Shown here: piece after piece, positions 1 through 13,559 of the stretch
Layout: every line of letters begins with the position of its first letter
Numbering within the stretch: the first letter of the stretch is position 1
From: Eledone cirrhosa
Taxonomy: Eukaryota
DNA length: 64,000 nt
Direction of reading: 5' to 3'
Assembly (NCBI GenBank): GCA_964016885.1
Contig: OZ024760.1
Span: forward strand, 26,846,001 to 26,910,000
Position numbers and translations under genes: made by a program
The notes under the pieces: generated by a model
Told to the model about the DNA's origin: nothing
What the model saw: only the letters and a program-made list of their open reading frames with translations
The model's database searches: none

Positions 1-53
1 TATATATATATATGGCGGGGAGATAAATATAGGTGTTTTATAGATATAAATGT

Positions 54-86
<33 letters not shown>

Positions 87-611
87 CTGTTCTATGGATA
101 GCTATATGTGTAGAGATATATAATGGATGTGTGCTTGTGTGTGTGTGTGTTTATATCTATACGAGTGTGTATGTGAATGTGAGAGTGTGTGTGTGTGTGG
201 AGAGCTGGAACTAATACCACAAGGCATCTTATCCGTCGCTCTTCCGATTCTCTGAATATATATATAAGTTGTAGACAATATGAAGTTAATATCACGGAAA
301 GAACCACACGAAAACAAAATAAGTTTAAATTTATGCGAATTGGCAGAATCGGTAGAGCGTCGGACACCCTGCTTTCGCAGCATAGAGTTACGTCCCTTTA
401 TGTTATTAGTTCAAATCCCGCCGAGGTTAACTTTGCCTTTTATCCTTATTATTATGATGATGATGATGATATTGCTATAATTATAATTATTACCTAAATG
501 ATAATATTGATAATATTGATAATACTATTGTTGATAATGATAATAAAAATATAGTTATTACAATTAATACAAAAATAACCCTATGATGATATTGATAATA
601 TTATTTAATAG

Positions 612-795
612 GATTAGCAGTATCGGTAGAAGGTCGAACACCCTGCTTCGCAGCATAGAGTTACGTCCCGTTATGTTCTGAGTTCAAATCCCGCCGAGGT
701 TAACTTTGCCTTTCATCCTTACGAGGTCGATAAAATAAAGTACCAGTAATACACTGAGATAATTGCTGGCCTTGTGCCAAAAGTAGAAACAATTA
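612..795 (+). mobile_element. tRNA-derived SINE family A (Nin/Deu-domain-like)
   Basis: A-box-like TGGCAGTATCGG (TAGCAG here), B-box GAGTTCAAATCC, central GCCTTTCATCCTTACG[A/G]GGTCGATAAAATAAAGTACCAG, 3' end GGCCTTGTGCCAAAAGTAGAAACAATT. Other copies near 340(+, partial), 2513(-), 6853(-), 8540(+, partial), 10480(+), 10680(+), 15053(-), 15654(-), 24058(-), 24735(-), 28000(+), 33607(-), 42610(+), 45230(+, diverged), 47407(-). Confidence 0.85.
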
Positions 796-840
796 TTATT
801 AGGTTACACGAAAAAAAAAAATAAAAAAAAGGAAATGTAA

Positions 841-880
841 GTTTAACGTTTCAGACGGAAGTCCTTCATCAGAAAACTAG
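841..880 (-). ncRNA. Minimal hammerhead-like motif, family D (Penelope type)
   Basis: Minus strand TTTT-CTGATGA-A-GGAC-TTCC-GTCT-GAA-ACGT-T-AAA with palindromic stem III. Related to 63504-63539(-) and about 63968-63996(+). Stem I is short. Confidence 0.45.
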
Positions 881-1074
881 AATGAGGAGAAAATAGGAAA
901 CTTTGTAAACACATGGAACTGACATCATCTATGTATGTATGTGTTTGTGTGCGTATATGTGTATGTGTATATGTTTGGGAGTAAACATATGAGGATTGCA
1001 GCGTCTTCACAGACGAGTGCCATCTTTTATTGATTCTTCGTTATCATCACATCTACGCCTATGACTTCGTAGAG

Positions 1075-2220
1075 AACTTTGTAGGCCAGCTGTAGATCTG
1101 CATGGTTTACGACACAGGTGACAGAAGAGAGAGGTATTTGTCACAGGACCGTTGGGGGTCACCCTGTGGGACTTCATAGAGGACTTTGTAGGCCAGCTGT
1201 AGATCTGGATGGTTTACGACACAGGTGACAGAAGAGAGAGGTATTTGTCACAGGACCGTTGGGGTCACCCTGTGGGACTTCATAGAGGACTTTGTAGGCC
1301 TGCTGTAGATCTGGATGGTTTACGACACAGGTGACAGAAGAGAGAGGTATTTGTCACAGGACCGTTGGGGTCACCCTGTGGGACTTCATAGAGGACTTTG
1401 TAGGCCAGCTGTAGATCTGGATGGTTTACGACACAGGGGACAGAAGAGAGAGGTGTTTGTCACAGGACCGTTGGGGTCACCCTGTGGGACTTCATAGAGG
1501 ACTTTGTAGGCCAGCTGTAGATCTGCATGGTTTACGACACAGGTGACAGAAGAGAGAGGTATTTGTCACAGGACCGTTGGGGTCACCATGTGGGACTTCG
1601 TAGAGGACTTTGTAGGCCAGCTGTAGATCTGGATGGTTTACGACACAGGGGACAGAAGAGAGAGGTGTTTGTCACAGGACCGTTGGGGTCACCCTGTGGG
1701 ACTTCATAGAGGACTTTGTAGGCCAGCTGTAGATCTGCATGGTTTATGACACAGGGGACAGAAGAGAGAGGTGTTTGTCACAGGACCGTTGGGGTCACCC
1801 TGTGGGACTTCATAGAGGACTTTGTAGGCCAGCTGTAGATCTGCATGGTTTACGACACAGGGGACAGAAGAGAGAGGTGTTTGTCACAGGACCGTTGGGG
1901 TCACCCTGTGGGACTTCATAGAGGACTTTGTAGGCCAGCTGTAGATCTGCATGGTTTACGACACAGGGGACAGAAGAGAGAGGTGTTTGTCACAGGACCG
2001 TTGGGGTCACCCTGTGGGACTTCATAGAGGACTTTGTAGGCCAGCTGTAGATCTGCATGGTTTACGACACAGGGGACAGAAGAGAGAGGTGTTTGTCACA
2101 GGACCGTTGGGGTCACCCTGTGGGACTTCATAGAGGACTTTGTAGGCCAGCTGTAGATCTGCATGGTTTATGACACAGGTGACAGAAGAGAGTTGTGCTT
2201 TCCACAGGACCGGTGGTCTC
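1075..2220 (-). repeat. 106-bp tandem array (about 10.5 copies) derived from an RTE-type LINE C2H2 zinc-finger segment
   Basis: Period of 106 bp. Minus strand of each unit reads LFCPLCRKPCRSTAGLQS, and the terminal copy continues ..AGLQSSLRSHRRR, matching the finger pattern CxxC..C.S.AGL.SH.RSH of the LINE at 36058-39603. Confidence 0.85.
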
Positions 2221-2345
2221 ACCTTGTGTGTGTGTGTGTGTTGTGTATTTCCGTGGTAAAGGTGAAGGAAAGAAGAGTGCTCTATGTATAGTACAGAGCT
2301 ATTTAATTATGTAATAAACAACACAATATAATTATTCCATTACCC

Positions 2346-2380
<35 letters not shown>

Positions 2381-2473
2381 TTCCTTTCTACTGGTAAAGA
2401 TGAGAAAAGTTGGTCCACCGCGCCAACGAAACGTATGTTCCTGGAATGGCTCCGTTGTAGTAATTCGCCTTAA

Positions 2474-2516
<43 letters not shown>

Positions 2517-2695
2517 GTTTCTACTTTAGGCACAAGGCCAGCAATTACCCAGTGCATTACTGGTACTTTATTTTATCGACCCCGTAAGAATGAAAGGCAA
2601 AGTCAACCTCTGCGGGATTTGAACTCAGATCGTAAAGGGACGTAACTATGCTGGAAAGCATGGCGTCCGACCCTCTACTGATACTGCCAATCCAC

Positions 2696-2810
<115 letters not shown>

Positions 2811-3335
2811 GAAAAAGTTTGTCCTCATCAGTGGCCTTCCAACCGTCGTAGGCATTTCGTCGCATTAAAGGCCATATACCTCAGGTTGGTGCGAGCAACG
2901 GCTAAAAAAAGTCGTTGGGACACGTAAATAAGGGGGACGCTAGGGTAAACAAACAAAATGGTTTAAGCAACAGGAAGTGATGAAGAAGGAAACAAGTCCC
3001 AGATTTCTATGAATATAAATTCGGTGGAATCGTGAACGAGAGAATAAAGACCATCAAACCTGGTTGAAATGTGAGCAAGGAAGGAATTTCGCACAGGTCT
3101 AACGGGAGGAAGAACGGGTCTGGTCTGCGAATTCGGTAAACATATGTTCTGTGAAGTCGCAGACGAGAGAGAGAGAAAAAAATTCATACCGGCTTGGCCA
3201 AGGACAAGCGAGAAAAGGATTACGGACAGGTCAAACAGGAAACCCATTTGCAGCGCCGCAGCTCCATTATTATCATATATATATATATATATATATATAT
3301 AATGCCTTGCTCAAGGACACAACATGCCTCCGCGC

Positions 3336-3375
<40 letters not shown>

Positions 3376-3672
3376 ATTATAATAATATTATTTATAGTTA
3401 TATATACATTATATACAACTATATATATCCACTCTGTGCCTCTTTAATTATTATACAATTCTCTTGTAATCTCTGTCACATCCATTCCACTCTGTAAATA
3501 CGAAACTGTTGATGACAACATTAATATCCATGTATCTATAGGATTGTTCAGTTGAATAGAAAGTTAATTATATGTCCAAACTTTGCTAGTACTCCGAGGA
3601 TGCCAAACGAAAGTTTGGAAGAAACGATTGTCAGCAATAAAATGATTTGAACATAGTTTTGATTATTGTGTA

Positions 3673-3710
<38 letters not shown>

Positions 3711-3722
3711 TACACAATAATC

Positions 3723-3753
<31 letters not shown>

Positions 3754-4628
3754 CAATAATCAAAATTATATATCTATATATATATATACAAACAAGAGAT
3801 GTAGTGGGATCTCAGGCAGGCGAACAAAGAATGTAGATTTCTCTTCTCTTCTCTTTCTCTCTCTCTCTGTCTCTCACTCTCTCTCTCACTCCTTCTCTCT
3901 CTCTCTCACTCTCTCTCTCTCTCACTCTCTCCTCTCTCTCTCTCTTACTCTCTCTCTCTCTCTCGTTCTCTTCTCTCTCTTTTTCTTTACTCTTCTCTCC
4001 CCCTCTCTCTCTTTCGCTTCACTCTCTCTCCCTCGTCTATGTTCCTCCTCCCCCCCTCACCCCACGGAGTAAATTCTCTGTCCAAAATACAGTGTTTTTA
4101 ATGAAAATGATGACACGGCAAAGAAAACACACTACACACACACAGCTACACACACACACCTACACACACACACACTTACACACACCTACACACACACACA
4201 CCACACACTCACCCACACACACTACACACACCTACACACACACACACCTATATACACACACACACACACCACACACTCACACATACACACACTCACCTAC
4301 ACACACCTCTACACACACACACACACACACACACTACACACACACCGACACTCACCTACACACACTACACACACTGACACTCACCTACTCACCTACACAC
4401 ACACACCTACAAACACGCAACACACACACACTTACACACACACACCTACACACATACATACACACACCTACACCCCTATACACACATACAAACGTTGTTA
4501 TCACGACACAACGGAATATAATAACTAAAGATTTGAACTGAATAAACATTAGACGTAAGTGAGGCAGAGGTGGGCAAAACTCAATTCTATACATCTGGCC
4601 TTCCATTAACCTTCAGCAGACGACACTG

Positions 4629-4809
4629 GCCGCCATCTTGGTCGGCTGCCGGCTTTGAATTGGTGTAATACAGGGAGAAAGGGAGATATGCTGTGTCCAC
4701 AGGACAGAGAGTAATACATTGGCGTGGGTATGATGCTTATATGTAAATATGTCTACATGTATGTATATATGTATATACGTGTATGAATGTGTATGAGTGT
4801 ATATATTTA

Positions 4810-4860
<51 letters not shown>

Positions 4861-4907
4861 CATATATGTGTGTGCGTGTATATACGTGTGTATGAATGTG
4901 TATGAGA

Positions 4908-4944
<37 letters not shown>

Positions 4945-5010
4945 TTTGTGTGTGTGTATATACGTGTGTATGAATGTGTATCTGCATATATATATATATG
5001 TATATATGTG

Positions 5011-5067
<57 letters not shown>

Positions 5068-5244
5068 TAGCAATGTAATAACGTTATACGCGCCACGTCA
5101 TTAATTATTAACATGGATAAATTCAATACAACACACTTCATACGAGTTACTTATAATACAATGATAAACACACACACACACACACACTCATACACACACA
5201 CACACACACACCACTCTTGCTTTTTACAAAACCAATATGGCCGC
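4629..5244. promoter_or_regulatory. Candidate promoter region with divergent YY1-like motifs
   Basis: CAAGATGGCGGC on - at 4629-4640, AATATGGCCGC on + at 5234-5244, TGACGTGG on - at 5093-5100, in islands of unique sequence between microsatellites. Motif evidence only. Confidence 0.3.
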
Positions 5245-5329
5245 TTTCTACTAGAAAAGAGGAAAGCACACATTTTCGGAAGGATATGCAATGAAAGTAG
5301 AATGCATCATTCAAACTATCAAACTATCA

Positions 5330-5383
<54 letters not shown>

Positions 5384-5407
5384 ATCTCTCTCTCTCTCTC
5401 TCTCTCT

Positions 5408-5456
<49 letters not shown>

Positions 5457-5494
5457 ATATTAACAAATGGAAACTATATTTATAAAACCATATT

Positions 5495-5560
5495 TATTTC
5501 ATTATACATATTTCAAGGGCCACCAAGGCAAACTATGGTGCGCTTTCATCGGATAAAATA
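5495..5560 (-). ncRNA. Degenerate hammerhead ribozyme, family A
   Basis: TATTTTAT-CCGATGA(core U4C)-stem II-GAA-ATATGTAT-A-ATGAAATA; same scaffold as 63054-63114. Confidence 0.5.
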
Positions 5561-5816
5561 TAATATAGGTTAGTTTTATAAATAAATATTGACATACCCT
5601 GAAAAAATGCAACCATTCTGGTTGGAATTTGTTAATATATTGTATATTTACTCCAATAATTTGTTGAGTGCTTTATATCAGATATAAAAATATTTTGCTT
5701 GTTGTATCCCAACAAATTAAATATAACCTCTACATATATATATATAGTTATGTAATAAACAACATAAGGCAATTATTCCATTTACCAGTGGTTTCTTAAA
5801 AGCAAAAAATGTTGCT

Positions 5817-5874
5817 TTCATTCTGATGATTGAAAGCAAAATTTTTTGCTTTTAAGAAACCACTGGTAAATGGA
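5817..5874 (+). ncRNA. Type I hammerhead ribozyme, family C
   Basis: Stem I TTCATT/AATGGA, core CTGATGA, long stem II TTGAAAGCAAAA/TTTTGCTTTTAA, GAA, stem III ACC-ACT-GGT, cleavage GUA. Lies inside a fold-back at about 5745-5905. Confidence 0.8.
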
Positions 5875-6079
5875 ATAATTGCCTTATGTTGTTTATTACA
5901 TAACTATTAAGCTCTGTTACCTACATAGAGCACTCTTTTTTCCTGGACTTTTCCGACGGAATTACTTCATTCATACATATATATATATTAAAATATTTGT
6001 TCTAGGGTTCTTATATATTTGATATATATTTATCCTTATCGAGCCCTCTTTGGATTTTAGTCTTCAAATTCATTATTAT

Positions 6080-6126
<47 letters not shown>

Positions 6127-6208
6127 TTTATCCCGGGTTCAATCGGGAGTAACCACAGTAAGTAAAGTACTCAATACATAGCAGAGTATAAATATTTAAT
6201 ATAGAAAT

Positions 6209-6259
6209 GGCTTCTACAGGACTAGAACTGTTTCATTCGGGAGAAATCATCAGGAAGCC
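6209..6259 (-). ncRNA. Type I hammerhead ribozyme, family B
   Basis: Minus strand GGCTTC-CTGATGA-T-TTC-TCCC-GAA-T-GAA-ACAG-TTCTAGTC-CTGT-A-GAAGCC; all three stems pair. A truncated, mutated inverted copy follows at 6260-6310. Confidence 0.8.
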
Positions 6260-6462
6260 CGATGATTTCTCCCGAATTAAACAGTTCTAGTCCTGTAGAA
6301 GCCATTTCTATATATATATATATAAATATATATATATATAAAAATGAAGTATTTCCGTAGGAAAGGTAAAGGAAAAGAGAGTGCTCTACGTAGGCTACAG
6401 AGCTTTTTAGTTATGTAATAAACAACATAAGATAATTATTTCATCAGATGAGAGTCGTCACA

Positions 6463-6524
6463 TTCATTCTGACGACTGAAGACAGATATAAATATCTGTC
6501 TCCAAGAAACCACTGGTAAATGAA
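6463..6524 (+). ncRNA. Type I hammerhead ribozyme, family C
   Basis: TTCATT-CTGACGA-(CTGA AGACAGATAT AA ATATCTGTCT CCAA)-GAA-ACC-ACT-GGT-A-AATGAA. Stem II sequence differs from the 5817 copy but still pairs. Confidence 0.75.
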
Positions 6525-6550
6525 TTAATTATCTTCTGTTGTTTATTACA

Positions 6551-6593
<43 letters not shown>

Positions 6594-7309
6594 GTATATG
6601 TATATATATGTATATATATATATGTATATATATATATGTATATATATGTATATATATGTATATATATATATATATATATATGTATATGTATATATGTATA
6701 TATATATATGTATATATATGTATATATATGTATATATATATATATATATATGTATATGTATATATATATATATGTATATATATGTATATATATATGTGTA
6801 TATATATATATATAAATGTATATATGTAATCTGAGTTTTTCGAATACTAATAATTATTTCTACTTTTGACACAAGGCCAGCAATTATCCCAGTGTATTAC
6901 TGGTACTTTATTTATCGACCCCGTAAGGATGAAAGGCAAAGTTAACCTCGGTGGGATTTGAACTCAGACCACAAAGGGCCGTAACTCTTTGCTCCAAAGC
7001 ATGGCATCCGACCCTCTGCCGATATTGCCAATCCATTCGATTCGTTTGCAATTATGCAAACAAGCCTCATTTTTAAAGCCTTATTAGTAGAATGAACCCT
7101 TCATTCTTGCTCTTGTGATGGTACATCTTCAACAAAACGGCTTGCAGACGCAACCGATGCAGCGACGCTGCTAATAGGGCCACCCATATCAGATGATATC
7201 ACATGGTGTTGGAGATTAATAGCTACCCAGCTTCCTTCTCCACTCCATGACGAAAACCCAGACCGAGAGCCCGGACCAACACAAACAACAGTTGCTTCCT
7301 CAAGATCCC

Positions 7310-7710
7310 ACAACTCAGCGAGGAAACGACCAACGCCATACGCAAAGCCATCAGAAGAGAGGGACTCAATATCAAACTAGCTCACTCTGGACCTTCCCTG
7401 CGAAGATGCCTCTCCACAAGGCAACCCCCACCCCCAACGAGGATAACCGAGGCACCCTAGCCAATTGCCCTATCCCCAACACTAATTGTTGCCTATGTAC
7501 CTACCTAGTATACAGGCTAGAATGTAACAAGTGCAATATAGTCTACATAGGCAGCACTATTCGACCGCTACAAAGAGCATTAAAGACCGTTAAAGACCGT
7601 TACAAAGAGCATACGTATTAAAGAGCATGTTAACACCAACTCCTCTTCCTTCCGCAAACACATCATCAAATGCGAGCCGCTACCAGAGTAAAAGATAGTA
7701 GTATAGCGAG
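7310..7710 (+). mobile_element. Penelope-like element fragment (GIY-YIG endonuclease)
   Basis: CLCTYLVYRLECNKCNIVYIGSTIRPL...RYKEH, the VY-x-C-x2-C-x3-YIG-x-T pattern of PLE endonucleases; degenerate, with a small internal duplication. Confidence 0.8.
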
Positions 7711-7844
7711 GAACACTACGAAACTTCTCTAATAATTTTTTATGTAAGCCAACACGCTCACGGCGTTACCTCGGGTGGTGGCGAGGGTGAGGTGGTGGAA
7801 CAACCAAGCGCCCTCACTAGCTTCACCAATTACGAACAGGTTAC

Positions 7845-8310
7845 CCCGACACGCCGCTCTCAACGACATATTGAGAAGAAGCCTGGACGCAGCTGGGTTT
7901 CCATCTCAACTGGAGCCAGCAGGCCTAGACCGCGGAGATGGCAAGCGCCCCGATGGAATCACCCTCTTCCCATTCGAAGGAGGTAGATCCCTTATTTGAG
8001 ACGCCACCTGCTGCGACACGTTCTCCGCCTCCAACTTAGTCGCTTCGGCCACAGACCCCACCATCGCGGCCCGCTTCGCTGAAGAACGTAAAATAAACAA
8101 ATACGTTCGTCCGAGCGCTTCCTCTTCGCACCAGTCGCCGTCAAGACCTCAGGCGTACTTGGACCCCTTACTGCCGACGCTCCTCTGCAAGATCGGAGCG
8201 TCGGCGGCCCGTCTGACGAAGGAGCATCGTGAAGTTGGGTGGCTTTTGTAGCGGGTATCACTGGTCATCGTCCAGGGGAATACTTTTGCCGTCTTGTCAG
8301 CGATCGCAGC
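7845..8310 (+). mobile_element. 3' fragment of an RLE-encoding non-LTR retrotransposon (CRE/R2-group-like)
   Basis: [13 protein letters not shown]...[33 protein letters not shown]...ERKINKY...PVAVKTSGVLGP...WLL*RVSLVIVQGN: RH, RPD and K..KY motifs of restriction-like endonucleases, with stops and frameshifts. Confidence 0.8.
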
Positions 8311-8734
8311 ACTCCTGCCCCCTTGTCCTAGGCCCAAACACACAATCACCATCCCCCTTCACCCCCTCCCCTCTCTTCTGCGACACCAGAGCTCTTGCCA
8401 TCCCCTCCCCATTCTTTTTCTTCTTTCTTTCTCTCTTTTTTTTTCTATATTTCCCTATTCTTTCTTTCTTTTTGTTTCCCGCTTTTTTTAATTTTTTCTT
8501 ACTCAATAAAGTGAAAATGAAGATTATATTTTCAAGAACATTGTCGATAAAATAAAGTACCAGTAATGCACTGGTAAATTGCTGGCCTTGTGCCAAAAGT
8601 AGAAACAATTATATATATATATATATATATATATACTCAAGGGGTGAAAGGAAATAGTGAATGGTAAAAAGAAGATAATTGATTCACTATGTTTGTCACA
8701 AGTATGAAAATACACTCTTGACAGGTGCAATGTG

Positions 8735-10320
8735 TATGAACACAGAAGAGCCGAACGCCCACTGTCACCTGCATCTCTCTCGCCCTCCCCATCTCTCTCA
8801 TATACACCAGGTCCCAACACAGAGGAACCAAACTCCCACTGTCATCACCTCCATCTCTCGCCCTCCCCATCTCTCTCATGTACACCAGGTCCCAACACAG
8901 AGGAGCCAAACTCCCACTGTCATTGCCTTCATCTCTCTCACCCTCCCCATCTCTCTCAGGTACACCAGGTCCGAACACAGAAGAGCCGAACTCCCACTGT
9001 CATCACCTCCATCTCTCTCGCCCTCCCCACCTCTCTCTCATGTACACCAGGTCCCAACACAGAAGAGCCGAACTCCCACTGTCATCACCTCCATCGCTCT
9101 CGCGCTCCCCACCTCTCTCATGTACACCAGGTCCCATCACAGAAGAGCCAAACTCCCACTGTCATCGCCTCCATCTCTCTCGCCCTCCCCACCTCTCTCA
9201 TGTACACCAGGTCCCATCACAGAAGAGCCAAACTCCCACTGTCATCACCTCCGTCTCTCTCGCCCTCCCCACCTCTCTCATGTACACCAGGTCCTGACAC
9301 AGAGGAGCCAAACTCCCACTGTCATCACCTCCATCTCTCTCGCCCTCCCCATCTCTCTCATGTACACCAGGTCCCAACACAGAAGAGCCAAACTCCCACT
9401 GTCATTGCCTTCATCTCTCTCGCCCTCCCCATCTCTCTCATGTACACCAGGTCCGAACACAGAAGAGCCAAACTCCCACTGTCATCACCTCCATCTCTCT
9501 CGCCCTCCCCATCTCTCTCATGTACGCCATGTCCCAACACAGAAGAGCCAAACTCCCACTGTCATTGCCTTCATCTCTCTCACCCTCCCCATCTCTCTCA
9601 GGTACACCAGGTCCGAACACAGAAGAGCCAAACTCCCACTGTCATCACCTCCATCTCTCTCGCCCTCCCCATCTCTCTCATGTACACCAGGTCCCAACAC
9701 AGAAGAGCCAAACTCCCACTGTCATCACCTCCGTCTCTCTCGCCCTCCCCACCTCTCTCATGTACACCAGGTCCTGACACAGAGGAGCCAAACTCCCACT
9801 GTCATCACCTCCATCTCTCTCGCCCTCCCCATCTCTCTCATGTACACCAGGTCCCAACACAGAAGAGCCAAACTCCCACTGTCATTGCCTTCATCTCTCT
9901 CGCCCTCCCCATCTCTCTCATGTACACCAGGTCCGAACACAGAAGAGCCAAACTCCCACTGTCATCACCTCCATCTCTCTCGCCCTCCCCATCTCTCTCA
10001 TGTACACCATGTCCCAACACAGAAGAGCCAAACTCCCACTGTCATTGCCTTCATCTCTCTCACCCTCCCCATCTCTCTCAGGTACACCAGGTCCGAACAC
10101 AGAAGAGCCAAACTCCCACTGTCATCACCTCCATCTCTCTCGCCCTCCCCATCTCTCTCATGTACACCAGGTCCCAACACAGAAGAGCCGAACTCCCACT
10201 GTCATCACCTCCATCTCTCTCGCCTTCTCCATCTCTCTCATGTACACCAGGTCCGAACACAGAAGAGCCGAACTCCCACTGTCATCACATCCATCTCTCT
10301 CGCCCTCCCCATCTCTCTGT
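8735..10320 (-). repeat. 80-bp tandem array (about 20 copies, 480-bp higher-order period) from the 3' UTR of an RLE-type LINE
   Basis: Period of 80 bp; lines at 9241 and 9721 are identical (6-unit block). It abuts a minus-strand RLE ORF end at 10330-10450, and a single-copy homolog of unit plus flank lies at about 29522-29710. Confidence 0.85.
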
Positions 10321-10859
10321 ATGGTGAGAAAATGGGGTCCCACTTGCTGGCCTCCCCACAGCCCCAGCGGACAGAATGGTGAAGGCGTTTTCCCGGCGGG
10401 GTGGTAAGGGAGGTGCGCTGATATGCCAGCTATAAGAAATACCGCCCTGGTCAAAATTTATATTATTATTTACGTATTTGTGGATTGGCAGTATCGGTAG
10501 AGGGTCGGACGCCATGCTTTGTAGCATAGAGTTATGCCCCTTTACAGACTGAGTTCAAATCACATCGAGGTTAACTGTACCTTTCATCCTTACGGGGTCG
10601 ATACAATAAAGTACCAGTAATGCACTGGATTAATTGCTGGCCTTGTGCATAAAGTAGAAACAGTTATTTACGTATTTGCGGGAGGTGGCTGGCAGCATAG
10701 AGTTACGGCCCTTGCCATTATGAGTTCAAATCCCGCCGAGGTTAACTTTGCCTTTCATCCTTACGGGGTCGATAAAATAAAGTACCAGTAATGCACTAGA
10801 AGCAATTATTTACGTATTTATAATGTTATTTATACAATTGTTGCTATTGTAACAACTAA

Positions 10860-11435
<576 letters not shown>

Positions 11436-12327
11436 CTGTGGAATTTCAGCTCACGAAGAATGTTTCCAAACATTAAATAGCTTGGTGGTAACAAATATTT
11501 AGCGGCGGCATATTTGAAGTTGTTGCTATGTAACTAGGGTGGTAGATATACCTCCAGTATTAGAGAGTAACCGGACTACTATGTAACTACCTCCAGTATT
11601 AGAGAGTAACCGGACAACTTCTTCTGCAAAGGCGCTAACTTCGCAGGTTTGTTTAATTTATACCATACATACATATATACACACACATACATATATATAT
11701 ATAAGTTATTTTACAACAGTGACATATACAGGTCCTTAAGTCATTCTGCTTTTTATATAAACAAACACCCACCCTGAATTAGTTGGGTGTGTAACCTAAT
11801 AAGCCTCAAGTACTTGTTTATGTCGCTGTTGTAACTAATTTTACTTAACTCGTCTTATGGACTGAGTGCTCTCACCCTTGGATATTTCTACCAAACTTTT
11901 ACTAGAGTATATATATATATATATCAATAAAAATAACAGCAGGCTGGACTGGTGTAAATCCTTGAAAGGTTTATTATACTATGATAGTATAATAAACCTT
12001 TCAAGGATTTACACCAGTCCAGCCTCCTGTTATTTTTATTGATAATTAACTCTGTACTCGCACCACCAACTACACAAACGAAGACGGGTGAACTGCACTG
12101 CGTTGAGTACTCTCCACAATATTACACCAAGATTGACCATACGGAATTCTATCCAGTGGTAAACCAACAAACCTAAAGATATATATATATATATATGCAA
12201 AAGTTTTATTTAAAATTGTTGGGTTACAACAAGTAAATATTTTATAACTGATATAAAGCACTCGACAAGTTTTTGGAGTAGATATACGATATTAAACAAA
12301 TGGAAAGTATATTTATAAAACGATATT

Positions 12328-12393
12328 TATTTCATTATACATATTTCAGGGATACTATATTAAAAATATGGCATGCCTTCGTCAGATAAAATA
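12328..12393 (-). ncRNA. Type I hammerhead ribozyme, family A
   Basis: TATTTTAT-CTGACGA-AGG...CCT-GAA-ATATGTAT-A-ATGAAATA. The stem II base AGG/CCT replaces AAG/CTT of the 63054 copy. Confidence 0.7.
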
Positions 12394-12594
12394 CAATATA
12401 ATATGTAATATATATATATATAAATATATATATCAAATGAAGCTACGGAGTAAAAGACTCGCGTTGTTAACAGACCCCCTGTAATGAATAAACATGTTCT
12501 TTTCATGTATTCTCTGTGTGTGTATATATGTGTATGTATGTATGTGTGTGAGTGTGTGTAAGTATGCATACGTACACATATATACACATATCTG

Positions 12595-12630
<36 letters not shown>

Positions 12631-12851
12631 TATACATATGTACGTATATATATATGTGTGTGTGTGTGTATATATATATATGTGAGTGTGTGTAAGTATG
12701 CATACGTACACATACACATATCTATGTATATATATATGTGTGTGTATACGCATACATGTGTACGTATATATATATGTATGTGTGTATATATATGTATGTG
12801 TATATATATATGTATGTGTTTGTTGTGTGTAAGTATGTATACGTACACATC

Positions 12852-12883
<32 letters not shown>

Positions 12884-13077
12884 CACACATATACATATGT
12901 TCGTATATATATATGTGTGTGTGTGTATATATATATATACCGATTGTTTTGTTATTTCTGTTTACCTTTTACATACATATATATGTGTGTACACATATGT
13001 ACGCATATATATATATGTGTGTGTGTATGTATCAGCTGACCTAGAGCGAGAAATAAAATTCTTATTTTATTTATATA

Positions 13078-13174
13078 CAGTGTCCCCCAAAATGTATACA
13101 CACTTTGATTACCTGTACAGACAATATTTATTGGAATGATGTTGATGTGTGTATACATTTTTGGGGACACCCTG
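13078..13174. mobile_element. Tc1/mariner-like MITE
   Basis: TIRs CAGTGTCCCCCAAAATGTATACACAC / GTGTGTATACATTTTTGGGGACACCCTG flanked by TA; second copy at 17378-17457. Confidence 0.75.
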
Positions 13175-13559
13175 TATAAATATATATATATATATATAGG
13201 TGACTAAAAAACACACAATCCACGCTGTGATGTGGCCCTGTAGGTAACACGGCAAAAAGTTCCCAGTTCCACACTGTAAATGTGGTTGGTGTTAGGAAGG
13301 GCATCGACCCGGAGAAAACCTGCCAGAGAGCCTATACGAGCGAGACACGGTCACCCGACCAACTTTGCCTCAAGTGGGACAACTCCCGTCTAACCCATGC
13401 TAGCGTGGATGATGGATGTTAAACGAAGATGGTGATGATGATGATATATCCAAGACAATGTCACTGGTCCGAAATCTTTGGTGCTACGCAGTAATACAGA
13501 AGACCCGCCTTGCCTAAGTACAAAGCGAAACCTACAGTCAGTAGGCACCTCTTACCCTA

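Noticed and set aside
2963-3247. 94-aa minus-strand ORF in unique-looking sequence
   Set aside because: No recognisable motif or convincing splice sites; left unassigned.
3583-3637. Hammerhead-like CCGAGGA..CCAAAC-GAAA-GTTTGG..GAAAC-GATT-GTC
   Set aside because: Core U4 mutated and stem I not adjacent to the core; at best a decayed copy.
8679-10382. 531-567 aa ORFs
   Set aside because: Translations of the 80-bp array, open in several frames; no splice or domain support.
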